Source of the DNA: Actinomycetes bacterium
GTDB lineage: Bacteria; Actinomycetota; Thermoleophilia; BMS3ABIN01
Length of the DNA stretch: 64,000 bases
Assembly (NCBI GenBank): GCA_021791195.1
Contig: JAJYXB010000008.1
Location: 10,921-74,920, forward strand
Reading direction: 5' to 3'
The translations under genes and the position numbers were made by a program. Positions 46,202 to 55,846 of this stretch are shown piece by piece (positions within the stretch are counted from its first letter, which is position 1; each line of letters opens with the position of its first letter). The notes below the pieces were generated by a model. It was not told the DNA's origin. It saw nothing but the letters and a program-made list of their open reading frames with translations, and made no database searches.

Positions 46202-46628
46202 GGCGCCGGCCTCCGGCGCCCGCGGCGCCTGTTATTTTCTGCTCAAGCAATCGTGCTCCCTGGAGGTTTCCCGCCGCCAGCGGGAGAATCGACTCGTACT
46301 TGTACTCGCACAGGATACTTTACAGGAAATCGGCAAATCACACGTATATCCCGGCTCGCGAACATGAAAAATCTCCTCCGGACGCCGGGTCGCCGCCCAT
46401 CCTCGCTCTCCGCGCTGCGCCCCCGCGATATTTCGCCGATTTCCCTTTAAATGCAATGGAAACGGCTGTATTTCTCTGTTAGAATTTATGTGCGAGCATG
46501 GTTGCAGGGCGCTGGGAATGATCATTGGCAACCTGCGCACTTTAGCCTCTTCGCACTCCACACAACTAGGGAATTTAAGACTCGCGGGACCGCCTGTTCC
46601 GAAGGGGAGATTGCAAGGCTTGAAATCG

Positions 46629-48098
46629 ATGGTCATATTGCCGTCGTGGAAACCGGACGACATCTATCCGTCCAAAATAGCCAGCTCGGCGATCAGCTAC
46701 CAGCATCCACTGGGACCCCTCTATATCGCCACTTGCATCCAGGAAGCCGGCCATGAGGTCGAGCTGGTGGACGGCGCCTTCTGGACTCACGGTGAGATCC
46801 TCGACAAGGTGCGCCGACTCCGTCCGGGGTTTGTCGGCCTGTCCGCCAATGCCTCGATGTGGACAAAAGCGATGAAAGCGGCCGCCGGCATCAAGGCGAT
46901 CGACCCTTCCATCCACGTCAGCGCCGCCGGGCCCTATCCCTCCGCCGTGCAGGAAAAATCCCTCGAGCAGTGCCCCGAGCTGGATTCGATCGTCATCGGC
47001 GAAGGAGAGCTGACGGTTCCCGAGCTGATCGCGCGCCTGGAGCAGGGCGAGAGCCTGACGGGAGTCGCCGGAGTCGCCTTCCGGGCCGCCGACGGCACGA
47101 TCACGGTGAACGAACCCCGGCCGCTGATCGAGGACCTCGACATCATCCCTATCCCGCGGCGCGAGCTGCTGGGCGATTTTGACAAGTACGAGTCGCCGCC
47201 GGGAAATTACCGGCGCAAGCCGATTGCCATCGTCATGACTTCGCGCGGCTGCCCGGCCCGGTGCATCTACTGCTTCCAGATGAAAGGCGAACGCCGCATC
47301 CGCTATCGCAGCGTCGACAACGTCGTCCGCGAGGTCGAAGAGCTGGTCAACCACTACGGTTTCCGGGAGATCAGGTTCCTGGATGAGACCTTCACCGCTG
47401 ACCGCGAGCGCGCCATGGAACTGCTGCGGCGCTTCCGGGAGCTAAGGCTCGACTTCAGTTTCTTTGTCTCATCGCGTGTCAACACGGTTGACTATGAGCT
47501 GCTGCGTGAGATGAAGAAAGCGGGCTGCTGGGCTATCCTCTTCGGCGCGGAGAGCGGCGTGCAGAAGAACCTCAACACGCTGCGCAAAGGAGTCAAGCTG
47601 GAGCAGACGCGCACCGCCGTGGCGGCGGCCAAGAAGGCCGGCCTCAAGGTGACCACGCCGTTCATCATCGGCATCCCCGGGGAGACTTACGAAGAGGCGC
47701 TGGAAACAGTGGAGTTCGCCGTCCGGCTCGATCCGCACGTGGCCAACTTCCACACAATGGCTCCTTTCCCGGGGACGGAGCTCTACGATCACATTGAGAA
47801 ATATGGCACCATGTCATCAAACACGGATGATTACACTTTCGAAGGCGGAGCGTTCGTGCCCCACTCGATGACCCGCGAAGAGATCGAGCGGGTGCGCACC
47901 ATCGCCTTCCGGCGTTTTTATTCCCGCCCCGGCTTCATCCTCAGGCGCCTGCTGGCCGTCCGCAGCCTTTATGACCTGAAAACAGTGACAAAAGGGGCGC
48001 GCAGCTTCTTCTGGCTGTGGGCCAGGGGAGACACGCTCAGCATGAAACGGCCGGAGCCACGCAGCCAGGGAAACAAGGCCGGAAACCGCAGCGGATGA
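46629..48098 (+). CDS. B12-binding-domain radical SAM enzyme (class B)
   Basis: N-terminal cobalamin-binding Rossmann region, then the radical SAM CxxxCxxC (SRGCPARCIYC). The ORF opens at 46488. MVILPSW at 46629 is the likely start. Confidence 0.85.
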   Translation: MVILPSWKPDDIYPSKIASSAISYQHPLGPLYIATCIQEAGHEVELVDGAFWTHGEILDKVRRLRPGFVGLSANASMWTKAMKAAAGIKAIDPSIHVSAAGPYPSAVQEKSLEQCPELDSIVIGEGELTVPELIARLEQGESLTGVAGVAFRAADGTITVNEPRPLIEDLDIIPIPRRELLGDFDKYESPPGNYRRKPIAIVMTSRGCPARCIYCFQMKGERRIRYRSVDNVVREVEELVNHYGFREIRFLDETFTADRERAMELLRRFRELRLDFSFFVSSRVNTVDYELLREMKKAGCWAILFGAESGVQKNLNTLRKGVKLEQTRTAVAAAKKAGLKVTTPFIIGIPGETYEEALETVEFAVRLDPHVANFHTMAPFPGTELYDHIEKYGTMSSNTDDYTFEGGAFVPHSMTREEIERVRTIAFRRFYSRPGFILRRLLAVRSLYDLKTVTKGARSFFWLWARGDTLSMKRPEPRSQGNKAGNRSG

Positions 48099-49138
48099 AC
48101 GACTCTCCCAAATCCACGCCGGCGGTATCGGTTGTCATCCCGGTTTATAATGGCGCTGAAACTATCCGTCACGCGCTGAAAGCGGTGCATGAATCGACCT
48201 TCCGGGACTTCGAGATAGTCGTAGTCAATGACGGCTCGACGGACAACACCATGGATGTGCTGTCGGAGTGCGCCGGGCCCTATCCCTACAAGCTGGTGGC
48301 GCTCGACCACAACACCGGCGTCTCCCACGCGCGCAACGCCGGCGCCGCAGCGGCCAGCGGCCGCATTCTCCTCTTCATCGATGCGGACTGCGTGGTCATG
48401 CCGCCGACGATACAGCGCTGCGTCGAGCGCCTCACGCAGAGCGATTGCATCTGCGTCGGCGGCGCGTATACCAGCGCCGCTTCCTTCGACAAGGATTTCT
48501 TCAGCCAATTCCAGTCGCTTTACATCCATTACGTGGAGACCAAGAACCAGTTCCCCGACTACATCGCCACCCATTGCATGGCCATGCGCAAGGATGACTT
48601 TGAGGGCTACGGCGGGTTCATCGAGGATTCTTTCATCGGCCATCAGGCCAGCGTCGAAGATGTGGAGTTCTCCCACCGGATGCTCCGCGCCGGTCACTGC
48701 CTGACGCGGCCCGCTGATATCCAGGTGATGCACATCTTCCGCTTCACATTCGCCAAGTCCATCAGGAACGCCATCAAGAAGAGCAAGTACTGGACGATGT
48801 ATTCGCTGCACAACAGGGATGTGATGAAGGACTCGGGTGCCGCCTCCTATGAACTCAAGATCGATGTCGTCACCCAGACATTAAATCTGGCGCTGGTGAT
48901 CGTGGCGGTGGCCACGCGCTTCTGGTGGCTGCTGCTGCCGGTACCGGTCCTGTTTGCGCTGAACATTGGCACGAGCTACGGGCTGCTGCGCCTGTTCAAG
49001 CGCGAGCGCGGCTGGGGTTTTTTCCTGGTCGCGACGGGATACTACCAGTTCGTCTATCCGGCCGGCGTGGCCTACGGCTCCCTGATTGGCACGCTAAAAT
49101 ACATCTGGGAAGTGAAAATCCTGCGCCGATACCGGTAA
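48095..49138 (+). CDS. Family-2 glycosyltransferase with C-terminal TM helices
   Basis: VSVVIPVYNG...VVNDGSTDNT...DAD GT-A motifs. ATG overlaps the upstream stop (ATGA). Confidence 0.85.
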   Translation: MNDSPKSTPAVSVVIPVYNGAETIRHALKAVHESTFRDFEIVVVNDGSTDNTMDVLSECAGPYPYKLVALDHNTGVSHARNAGAAAASGRILLFIDADCVVMPPTIQRCVERLTQSDCICVGGAYTSAASFDKDFFSQFQSLYIHYVETKNQFPDYIATHCMAMRKDDFEGYGGFIEDSFIGHQASVEDVEFSHRMLRAGHCLTRPADIQVMHIFRFTFAKSIRNAIKKSKYWTMYSLHNRDVMKDSGAASYELKIDVVTQTLNLALVIVAVATRFWWLLLPVPVLFALNIGTSYGLLRLFKRERGWGFFLVATGYYQFVYPAGVAYGSLIGTLKYIWEVKILRRYR

Positions 49139-49201
49139 ACTTGGTAACGGCACCATTTTTTGCATGGCCTTCGGGCTCGTGCCAAACCAACTGACTCGCT
49201 C

Positions 49202-50314
49202 ATGTACTCACCCATCAGGCATATCCCGCAGGTTTTTCTCAAGAACCGGCCGCTGCAGTTTACATTATTTGTAACCGCGCGCTGCAACTCTCGCTGCCCC
49301 TTCTGTTTCTACTGGCAGAACCGCCATGCTCCCCGCCAGGAGCTGACCCTGGACGAGATCGAGCAGGTGGCGCGCTCCATGGACAGCCTGCTCTGGCTGC
49401 TGTTCTCCGGCGGCGAGATCTTCATGCGCCAGGATCTGCCCGAGATAGTCGAGTGCTTCTACCGCCACACGCACCCGGTAATCATCACCCTGCCCACCAA
49501 CGGACTCGCGCCGGGGCTGATCATCCCCAAGATGGAGAGGATTCTGGCAGCTACGCCGGAAAGCGCTGTCGTGGTGAAGGTATCGCTCGACGGCATCGGC
49601 GATGAGCACGACAGGCTGCGCAACACGCCCGGCAGTTTTGAAAAGGCGATGGAGACCTGGACAGGGCTGGAGCGCCTGGGGCGGCGGCACCAGAACCTGC
49701 AGATCGGCATCAATACGGTATTCTGCCGCGAGAATCAGAACCGGATGGACGAGATCATCGATTATGTCAACGTCCTCCCCGGCTGCGAGACGCACACCAT
49801 CTCGCTGGTGCGTGGCGACCCCGCCGATGCCGGCGCCAAGGACGTCGACCTGGAAAAGTATCGCCGCGCCATCGAACGGCTCGAGACCGACTTGAAAGGG
49901 TCGCGGCCCAAGATGTACCATTTTAACCTGGCGCGGCTGAAATCCGCCCAGGACCTGGTGCAGCGGCGCCTGATTTACGAGACTGTGCGGCAGGGCCGGC
50001 GGCAGCTTCCGTGCTATGCCGGCCGGCTGGCCGCCGTCATGAATGAAGAGGGGGACGTCTTTCCGTGTGAGATTCTCACCGAGACTTTCGGCAACGTACG
50101 CGCAGCCGGATATGACCTCATGCGGGTTTTCCGGTCGGAAGCAGCAGACCGGATCAGGGCGGGTATAAATCAATCGGGCTGCTACTGCTCACACGAATGC
50201 TATTTCGTCACAAATATCCTGTTCAATCCCAGGGTGTATCCGCGGGTCCTGAAGCAGCTGCTGGACCTGAGGCAGACCCGGCAGCCGGCCACCGGGAAGG
50301 ACGCAGTCCGGTGA
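49202..50314 (+). CDS. Radical SAM protein with C-terminal SPASM/twitch-like Cys cluster
   Basis: CNSRCPFC (Cx3Cx2C) plus C-terminal CYAG...C...CYCSHEC cysteines. Confidence 0.8.
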   Translation: MYSPIRHIPQVFLKNRPLQFTLFVTARCNSRCPFCFYWQNRHAPRQELTLDEIEQVARSMDSLLWLLFSGGEIFMRQDLPEIVECFYRHTHPVIITLPTNGLAPGLIIPKMERILAATPESAVVVKVSLDGIGDEHDRLRNTPGSFEKAMETWTGLERLGRRHQNLQIGINTVFCRENQNRMDEIIDYVNVLPGCETHTISLVRGDPADAGAKDVDLEKYRRAIERLETDLKGSRPKMYHFNLARLKSAQDLVQRRLIYETVRQGRRQLPCYAGRLAAVMNEEGDVFPCEILTETFGNVRAAGYDLMRVFRSEAADRIRAGINQSGCYCSHECYFVTNILFNPRVYPRVLKQLLDLRQTRQPATGKDAVR

Positions 50315-52071
50315 CCGCCGGCGGATCGGGCCTGACGCCGGCGGTGGCGCAGCCAGAGCGCGACTTTGCCCCGCGTATGGCATCGCCGGCCCGCACGCGG
50401 GCGCGATCCCCGCGGCTGGCACTGCTGGTGAGCCTGGGGTGCGTGCTTGCTTTCGTGCTGCTGATCACGCTGCCGTTCATCGGCCAGGCACTGCATCTGG
50501 ACGATTTCCTCTTCTGGGACTTCGCCCGCAACAACCTCGATCACCCGCTGCAGCAGCACCTGTCCGGCTTCCATCTGATGGGCCAGAATGTGGCCAGCTT
50601 CCGCGATACGCATCCGCCGGTCGACGAACTGTATCTGTCGCTGATCATGCGCGTGACCGGCTCCACCGATTCCGCGGTGGCGATGCACCTCGGCTTCATC
50701 ATTTTCCCGCTCATCACCGGCCTGTCGATGTTCTTCCTGTCCCGCCGCTTTATTCGCAGCGCGCTGCTGGCGACGATCATGCTGCTGGCCACGCCGGCAG
50801 TGATGGTGATGTCGCACAACCTCATGGGCGACCTGCCGATGACCGCTTTCTGGCTGGCCGCGACGGCGCTCTACATCTACGGCGCCGACCGCGGCGACTC
50901 CCGGCTGCTCGCAGCGGCGGGCCTGGCGGCGACGCTGGCGATCTTCACCGGCTACCAGGCGCTGGCGCTGATCGTGCTGCTGCCTTTCTACAGCTGGCTG
51001 ACCGGGCGGCTTTCCCTCAAAACGCTGCTGCCGCTGGCGCTGCCGGTGATCAGTTTTGGCCTCTTCAGCTGGTACAACCTGGCGGTATATGACGCCCTGC
51101 CCAGGTTTTCGCACGCTCAGGGCCTCAGCTTAAGGGGCGCCGACATCTTCACCCGGCTGAAGGGCCTGCTCGCGGGGACAGGCGGCGCGACGGTTTTCCC
51201 GCCGGCGATGGCCGCACTCTTTGCCCTGCGCCGGAAAAGATATCTGCTGCTGCCGGTGGTGGCCGCGGGCGCGGTGGCGCTGACGCTTTATCAGCGCGAC
51301 ACCATTGCCTTCCCGGTCCCGACGGCGATCCTGTTCGCCGTCTTCGTCACCGCGGCGGCGATGGTCCTGCTGATGATAACCACAGAAGCAGCGGTCCAGG
51401 TGCGCCGCCGGCTGCGGCATCGGGAAACCGACCGCGACTTCCTCTTCCTCGCCGGCTGGATCGTAACGATCGCGGGCGCGATCTGCCTGCTGCTGCCGGA
51501 GGCCAGCGCCAAGTACTACCTGCCGTTCCTGGCGCCGGTGGTCCTGCTGATGTTCCGCGAAGCTGAGGCGGTGATCAGGCCGGCGTTCACGCTGCGGGCT
51601 ATCGTCATCGCCGCCATCGCCGGCACGCTGATCACCGGCCTGGCGCTGTCGGCAGCTGATTATCAGCTGGCCAAGGCTTACAAGGATTATGCCCGGAGCA
51701 TCAGCGCCCGCGCCCAGACCGGCGGCACCGTGTGGTTTGTGGGCGAGTGGGGCTTCCGTCACTACATGGAGGCCCAGGGATACAAATACCTCACCACCGC
51801 TGACACGTCTCCGGCCAACGGGGACCTGGTGGTCAAGGCGGGGTTGATGGACTGGCCGCTGGATCCTTCGGTGACCAGCCGCATGCGGCTGGTGTCGGAC
51901 ACGACTACTGAATGGGATTTCCCGGTGCGTTCGATGAACTTCGCCAGCAGCGCCGGCTTCTACGGCAGCTTCTGGGGCCTGCTGCCCTTTTCCATCACGG
52001 ATCAGCCCCTGGAGCACTTCCAGATCTACCGGCTGGAACCAGCCCCGCAGGCCGGCACGCCCCAGCCCTAG
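50311..52071 (+). CDS. Polytopic membrane glycosyltransferase, GT-C fold (GT39/83 ArnT/PMT-like)
   Basis: At least 10 TM helices and a C-terminal soluble domain. GTG start overlaps the upstream TGA (GTGA). An ATG alternative is at 50380. Confidence 0.65.
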   Translation: MTAGGSGLTPAVAQPERDFAPRMASPARTRARSPRLALLVSLGCVLAFVLLITLPFIGQALHLDDFLFWDFARNNLDHPLQQHLSGFHLMGQNVASFRDTHPPVDELYLSLIMRVTGSTDSAVAMHLGFIIFPLITGLSMFFLSRRFIRSALLATIMLLATPAVMVMSHNLMGDLPMTAFWLAATALYIYGADRGDSRLLAAAGLAATLAIFTGYQALALIVLLPFYSWLTGRLSLKTLLPLALPVISFGLFSWYNLAVYDALPRFSHAQGLSLRGADIFTRLKGLLAGTGGATVFPPAMAALFALRRKRYLLLPVVAAGAVALTLYQRDTIAFPVPTAILFAVFVTAAAMVLLMITTEAAVQVRRRLRHRETDRDFLFLAGWIVTIAGAICLLLPEASAKYYLPFLAPVVLLMFREAEAVIRPAFTLRAIVIAAIAGTLITGLALSAADYQLAKAYKDYARSISARAQTGGTVWFVGEWGFRHYMEAQGYKYLTTADTSPANGDLVVKAGLMDWPLDPSVTSRMRLVSDTTTEWDFPVRSMNFASSAGFYGSFWGLLPFSITDQPLEHFQIYRLEPAPQAGTPQP

Positions 52072-53489
52072 CGGAACACGCGCCTGGCAGCGTGCACGTA
52101 TTCGCGCAGCGCCCACCACGAATTCAGCTTTCTCAGGTGCCGGGCGATGATGCGCGGCCTGAAGTAAAAGCGGCGGTATGCCCGGCGCGTCGCCTGAAAC
52201 AGCTCCTCGCTGGACAGGTTCTGATGGCGGTAAACCGGCTCGCCCATGATGTCATAACGCCACCAGTCTTCCGTCAGCAGAAGACCGGCGGCGCGGAACT
52301 TCTCCCATTCATCCGTCCCGGGGAACGGCACCATCATCCCAAAGCCGGCGCTGTCCAGATCCAGCTGGCGGGCAAAGTCGATCGTCTGCTCGACCGTCTC
52401 TGGCGTTTCTTCCATGAAGCCAAAAAGGAAGTAACCATGAGGCGAGATGCCGGCGCGGCGGGTGTTGCCGACCGCCGTGGCTATCTTCTCCCTGGTGGTC
52501 TTCTTGATCTTCTTAAGCAGCTCGGGGTTGCCGACCTCGATGCCAAACTGCATCTGCCAGCAGCCGGCTTTTTTTGCCCACGTCAGCATCTCCGGATCTA
52601 CCTCGCTGGCGCGGCTGTTGCAGGTCCAGGCGATGTCGAGGCTGCGCTCCTGGATCAGGCTGCACATCTCCCGCAAACGGTTGCGGCCGCAGATCATCGA
52701 CGGATCACGGAACGAGAACGAAGTCACCCCGAAAGCGCTGTTCAGCCATGACAGTTCATCGACCACATTGCGGGCGCTGCGCAGACGGTAACGCTTGCCC
52801 TGTTGCGTGGTGACATCGCAGAAGGAACAACCGTAGGGGCAGCCACGGCCGCTGACGATGGAGGAAAAATTCCCCTTCTTGCCCCAGTTGAGGAAAGGGT
52901 TGTAGAAAGACGGTTCCGGCAGCAGATCATGAGCCGGGAATGGCAGGGAGTCGAGGTCTTCCAGGGCCTGCCTGGGAGCCGTCGCTCTGACCTCGCCGCC
53001 CTGGCCGAGAACCAGCCCCGGGATCCGGCCCAGGTCGCCCCCGGTAACCACCGCGTCGCATACCTCGGCCGCCGGCAGCTCGCCCTCGCCGATCACGGCC
53101 ACGTCCACGTCAGGGCTGGCAGCCGCCTGCGCCGGCAACGCCGTGACGTGGGGACCGCCCACGACAGTGAGGATGTTCTCATCGACGCTCTTGGCCAGTG
53201 CCGCCAGCGCCTCAGCGTCGTGCCACTGCGGCGTCAGCGCCGAGATGCCCACCACCCGGGGGTTGAAACTCTCGATGCGCTCGCGGATCCTGGCGGCCGG
53301 CGTCCCCAGCGAATAGCCGTCGACTACCTGGACTTCGTGACCCGCCGCGCGCACCGCTGCCGCCACATAGGCCAGCCCCAGCGGCTGGGTGGTGTTCCAC
53401 GGCCGCTCGACCGCGCCTTTAAACAGCCCGCGAGGCGGGGTGAACAATAAGACTTTGCAGCCCTTGTCTGCGTTGCCGCTCAACCGCAC
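52068..53489 (-). CDS. B12-binding-domain radical SAM enzyme (second copy, convergent)
   Basis: B12-binding N-terminal domain plus SGRGCPYGCSFC. Its 3' end overlaps the GT-C gene's 3' end by 4 nt. Confidence 0.85.
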   Translation of the reverse strand: MRLSGNADKGCKVLLFTPPRGLFKGAVERPWNTTQPLGLAYVAAAVRAAGHEVQVVDGYSLGTPAARIRERIESFNPRVVGISALTPQWHDAEALAALAKSVDENILTVVGGPHVTALPAQAAASPDVDVAVIGEGELPAAEVCDAVVTGGDLGRIPGLVLGQGGEVRATAPRQALEDLDSLPFPAHDLLPEPSFYNPFLNWGKKGNFSSIVSGRGCPYGCSFCDVTTQQGKRYRLRSARNVVDELSWLNSAFGVTSFSFRDPSMICGRNRLREMCSLIQERSLDIAWTCNSRASEVDPEMLTWAKKAGCWQMQFGIEVGNPELLKKIKKTTREKIATAVGNTRRAGISPHGYFLFGFMEETPETVEQTIDFARQLDLDSAGFGMMVPFPGTDEWEKFRAAGLLLTEDWWRYDIMGEPVYRHQNLSSEELFQATRRAYRRFYFRPRIIARHLRKLNSWWALREYVHAARRVFR

Positions 53490-53734
53490 CCTCCCCTGGA
53501 TGTGCCTGTTTCCCGCCTCACTTGCGCGCCTTGCCGCCGAACGGCGGATTCTCCCCCGGCGCCAGCGGTTCGCCGGTACACTGACCGCCAGCAGACGACG
53601 ATTCGTTACGGGAATCTAAATCTTCACCGGCAACCCTGGCCGGAGAAGATGTTGAAGGATACCTGAGCCGGCTGAACGCCAGCGTTCGTTTTCTAACCGA
53701 ACTTACATGATGAGTTTAAAGAAAATCAGGCCGG

Positions 53735-54406
53735 CTAGCAACCGGTTTCGCCGCCAGAACCGGGCAGGTGCTTGCCGCCCAGCAGCTCCCGGCAGATCGC
53801 CAGCGTGCCCTTGACGTCGCTGGCGAAGGCATCGACGCCCACCTCCTGGGCCAGCTCCTCGGAGTGGGCGGCGCCGCCGGAGACAACCTTGACGCGGTCG
53901 CGCAGGCCGGCCGCTTCAAGAGCGCTGAGGACATCGACCAGCGCCTGCCTGGTCGAGGTAGTGAACGCCGAAAGCAACAGCAGATCGGCATCGACCTCCT
54001 TCACCCTGGCGACGAATTTGTCGGCGGAGACGTTGACGCCGAGGTCGTGCACCTCATATCCGGAAGCCCTGAGCGCGGAGATGATGATGTCCTTGCCGAT
54101 GTTGTGGATGTCTCCCCTGACCGTGCCCATGACGACGACGCCGGCGTACTCCTGCCGGCGCTCGAACAGATAGGGATCAAGCACCTGCAGCGCCCGCTCC
54201 ACGGCAGCGGCCGAGCGCAGCATCTCGGGAATGAAATATTCGCCGGTTTCATACTTGCCGCCAACTTCCTCCATGGCGGCGGAGAGGCTGGCGATGACTT
54301 CGTCCGCGGACGCCTTGCCCTCGCTGGCGATGCCAGCGGCGATACCCGCGGCGCCGTCCGCGTCACCGGCGATCACCGCCTGTCTGAAATCTTCAAGCAG
54401 AGCCAT
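53735..54406 (-). CDS. Cobalamin-binding corrinoid protein (MtaC/MtbC-like; DxHxxG)
   Basis: B12-binding_2 helical cap plus a Rossmann domain with GDIHNIGKDI. Confidence 0.8.
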   Translation of the reverse strand: MALLEDFRQAVIAGDADGAAGIAAGIASEGKASADEVIASLSAAMEEVGGKYETGEYFIPEMLRSAAAVERALQVLDPYLFERRQEYAGVVVMGTVRGDIHNIGKDIIISALRASGYEVHDLGVNVSADKFVARVKEVDADLLLLSAFTTSTRQALVDVLSALEAAGLRDRVKVVSGGAAHSEELAQEVGVDAFASDVKGTLAICRELLGGKHLPGSGGETGC

Positions 54407-55425
54407 TATGCATCCCCGCCCTGGTATTTTCCGTAGCGGCGGCCGCTGGCAACCAGTGCGGCCAGATTTTCCTCCGGAGCGCTCAGCGGGACCGAATCTC
54501 CCGTACTGAGAATAAACTTTCCCCCCCTGGCGGCGTCAATCGCCGCGCTTACGGCAGCGTCGACATCGGCAGCCGTTCCCTTTTCGATAACCGAAACGGC
54601 GTCAATGTTTCCCTTGAGCACCACGGCGTCGCCGGCCGCCTCCCGCGCCTGCCTTAAGTCCACCGGCGAATCGATCTCCAGGACGGCCGCGCCGGTGGCG
54701 GCCATCAGCGGCAGGATGGGCAGGCTGTTGCGGCAGACATGCAGGATCACCGGGATCCCCTCCAGGCCGGCCACCGCCTCCCGCTCGGCCGGATAGGCGA
54801 ATTCGCGGTAGTGGTCGGGCGAGATCATGCTGGTGGAAGCAAACGAGTCCTTCACTACCACGGCGTCGACGCCAGCTTCGGCCAGCGCCCGTCCCACCGC
54901 CAGAGTCGCCGGCAGGCAGGCTGCGATCAGGTCACGCACCAGTTCCGGGTCACGGTAAAAATCGCCCATGAAATCAAGCAGGCCGCGGACGGTGGCGGCG
55001 TACTCGAACGGCGACCGCACCGCCCCGAGGATGACGCTGTCGCCACCGGCAAGAGCCACCAGCCGCTCGACCGGCTCCATCTTGCCGCCGGACCAGGGAT
55101 CGGGGACGGTGATCTTTTCCAGATCGGCCCGGGTCTCGACCAGCCGGTCCGTCACCAGCGGCACCTCATTGCCCTCGATCTGCACCGGGCAGCCGAGCAC
55201 TTCCGGCGCCGGCCCCAGGCCCATCTCGGCCACCACCCCATCCATGCCGAAACGCTCCAGCGCCAGCGCCAGGGCGCCGGCCAGGCAGTCGTTGTCCTGC
55301 CAGCATTCGTCGCTGGGACGCCCGGTCAGCCCGGGCGCGAAAAAGCCGTCGACGACCGGGATGACGGGGACCATATCGGGGATCTCGCCTGCCAGCACGG
55401 CCTGAAAGCGCTCACGGGAGTTCAT
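54406..55425 (-). CDS. URO-D/MtaA-family methylcobalamin methyltransferase
   Basis: Uroporphyrinogen-decarboxylase-like fold typical of MtaA/MtbA/CmuA. The start/stop pair overlaps the corrinoid gene (ATGA). Confidence 0.75.
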   Translation of the reverse strand: MNSRERFQAVLAGEIPDMVPVIPVVDGFFAPGLTGRPSDECWQDNDCLAGALALALERFGMDGVVAEMGLGPAPEVLGCPVQIEGNEVPLVTDRLVETRADLEKITVPDPWSGGKMEPVERLVALAGGDSVILGAVRSPFEYAATVRGLLDFMGDFYRDPELVRDLIAACLPATLAVGRALAEAGVDAVVVKDSFASTSMISPDHYREFAYPAEREAVAGLEGIPVILHVCRNSLPILPLMAATGAAVLEIDSPVDLRQAREAAGDAVVLKGNIDAVSVIEKGTAADVDAAVSAAIDAARGGKFILSTGDSVPLSAPEENLAALVASGRRYGKYQGGDA

Positions 55426-55449
55426 GTCGGCGCTCCGGGAAAGTCATGA

Positions 55450-55845
55450 TCAGGCCGGCTGCGGAACCTCAACCCTGGGGGCGTCTTTCCAGAGCACTTC
55501 CAGGCGGTAGAAATCGCGCGCCTCAGGGGTGAAGATATGGACCACGACGCTGAGGTAATCCATCAGGATCCAGTCGCCCCGCTGCTCTCCCTCGAGGCGC
55601 AGAGGCGCGCCGCCGGACGTCTTGACCTGCTGCCGGACCGCTTCGGCGATCGCGCGCGTCTGGCGCACGTTCCGGCCGGAACAGATCACGAAGTAGTCGG
55701 TGAAGGAGCAGACATCCTTCATCTCCATGATGACGATATCGGCCGCCTTCTTATCCGCGGCCGCCTGCGCGATGGTTTTGGCCAGCTCTTCGCCGTCCAG
55801 TATTTTTTCCTTGATGTTGATATCTCTGTCTATCCGGAAGTCCAT
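55450..55845 (-). CDS. rsfS: Ribosomal silencing factor RsfS (Iojap)
   Basis: 131-aa product with DYFVICSG...HIFTPEAR, the conserved RsfS pattern. Confidence 0.9.
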   Translation of the reverse strand: MDFRIDRDINIKEKILDGEELAKTIAQAAADKKAADIVIMEMKDVCSFTDYFVICSGRNVRQTRAIAEAVRQQVKTSGGAPLRLEGEQRGDWILMDYLSVVVHIFTPEARDFYRLEVLWKDAPRVEVPQPA

Positions 55846-55846
55846 C

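Noticed and set aside
46364-46450. 28-aa ORF (MKNLLRTPGRRPSSLSALRPRDISPISL) as a possible RiPP precursor for the radical SAM cluster
   Set aside because: It has no Shine-Dalgarno sequence, an Arg/Pro-rich composition without a Cys/Ser/Thr-rich core, and is not adjacent to the SPASM enzyme. It is more likely a non-coding leader.
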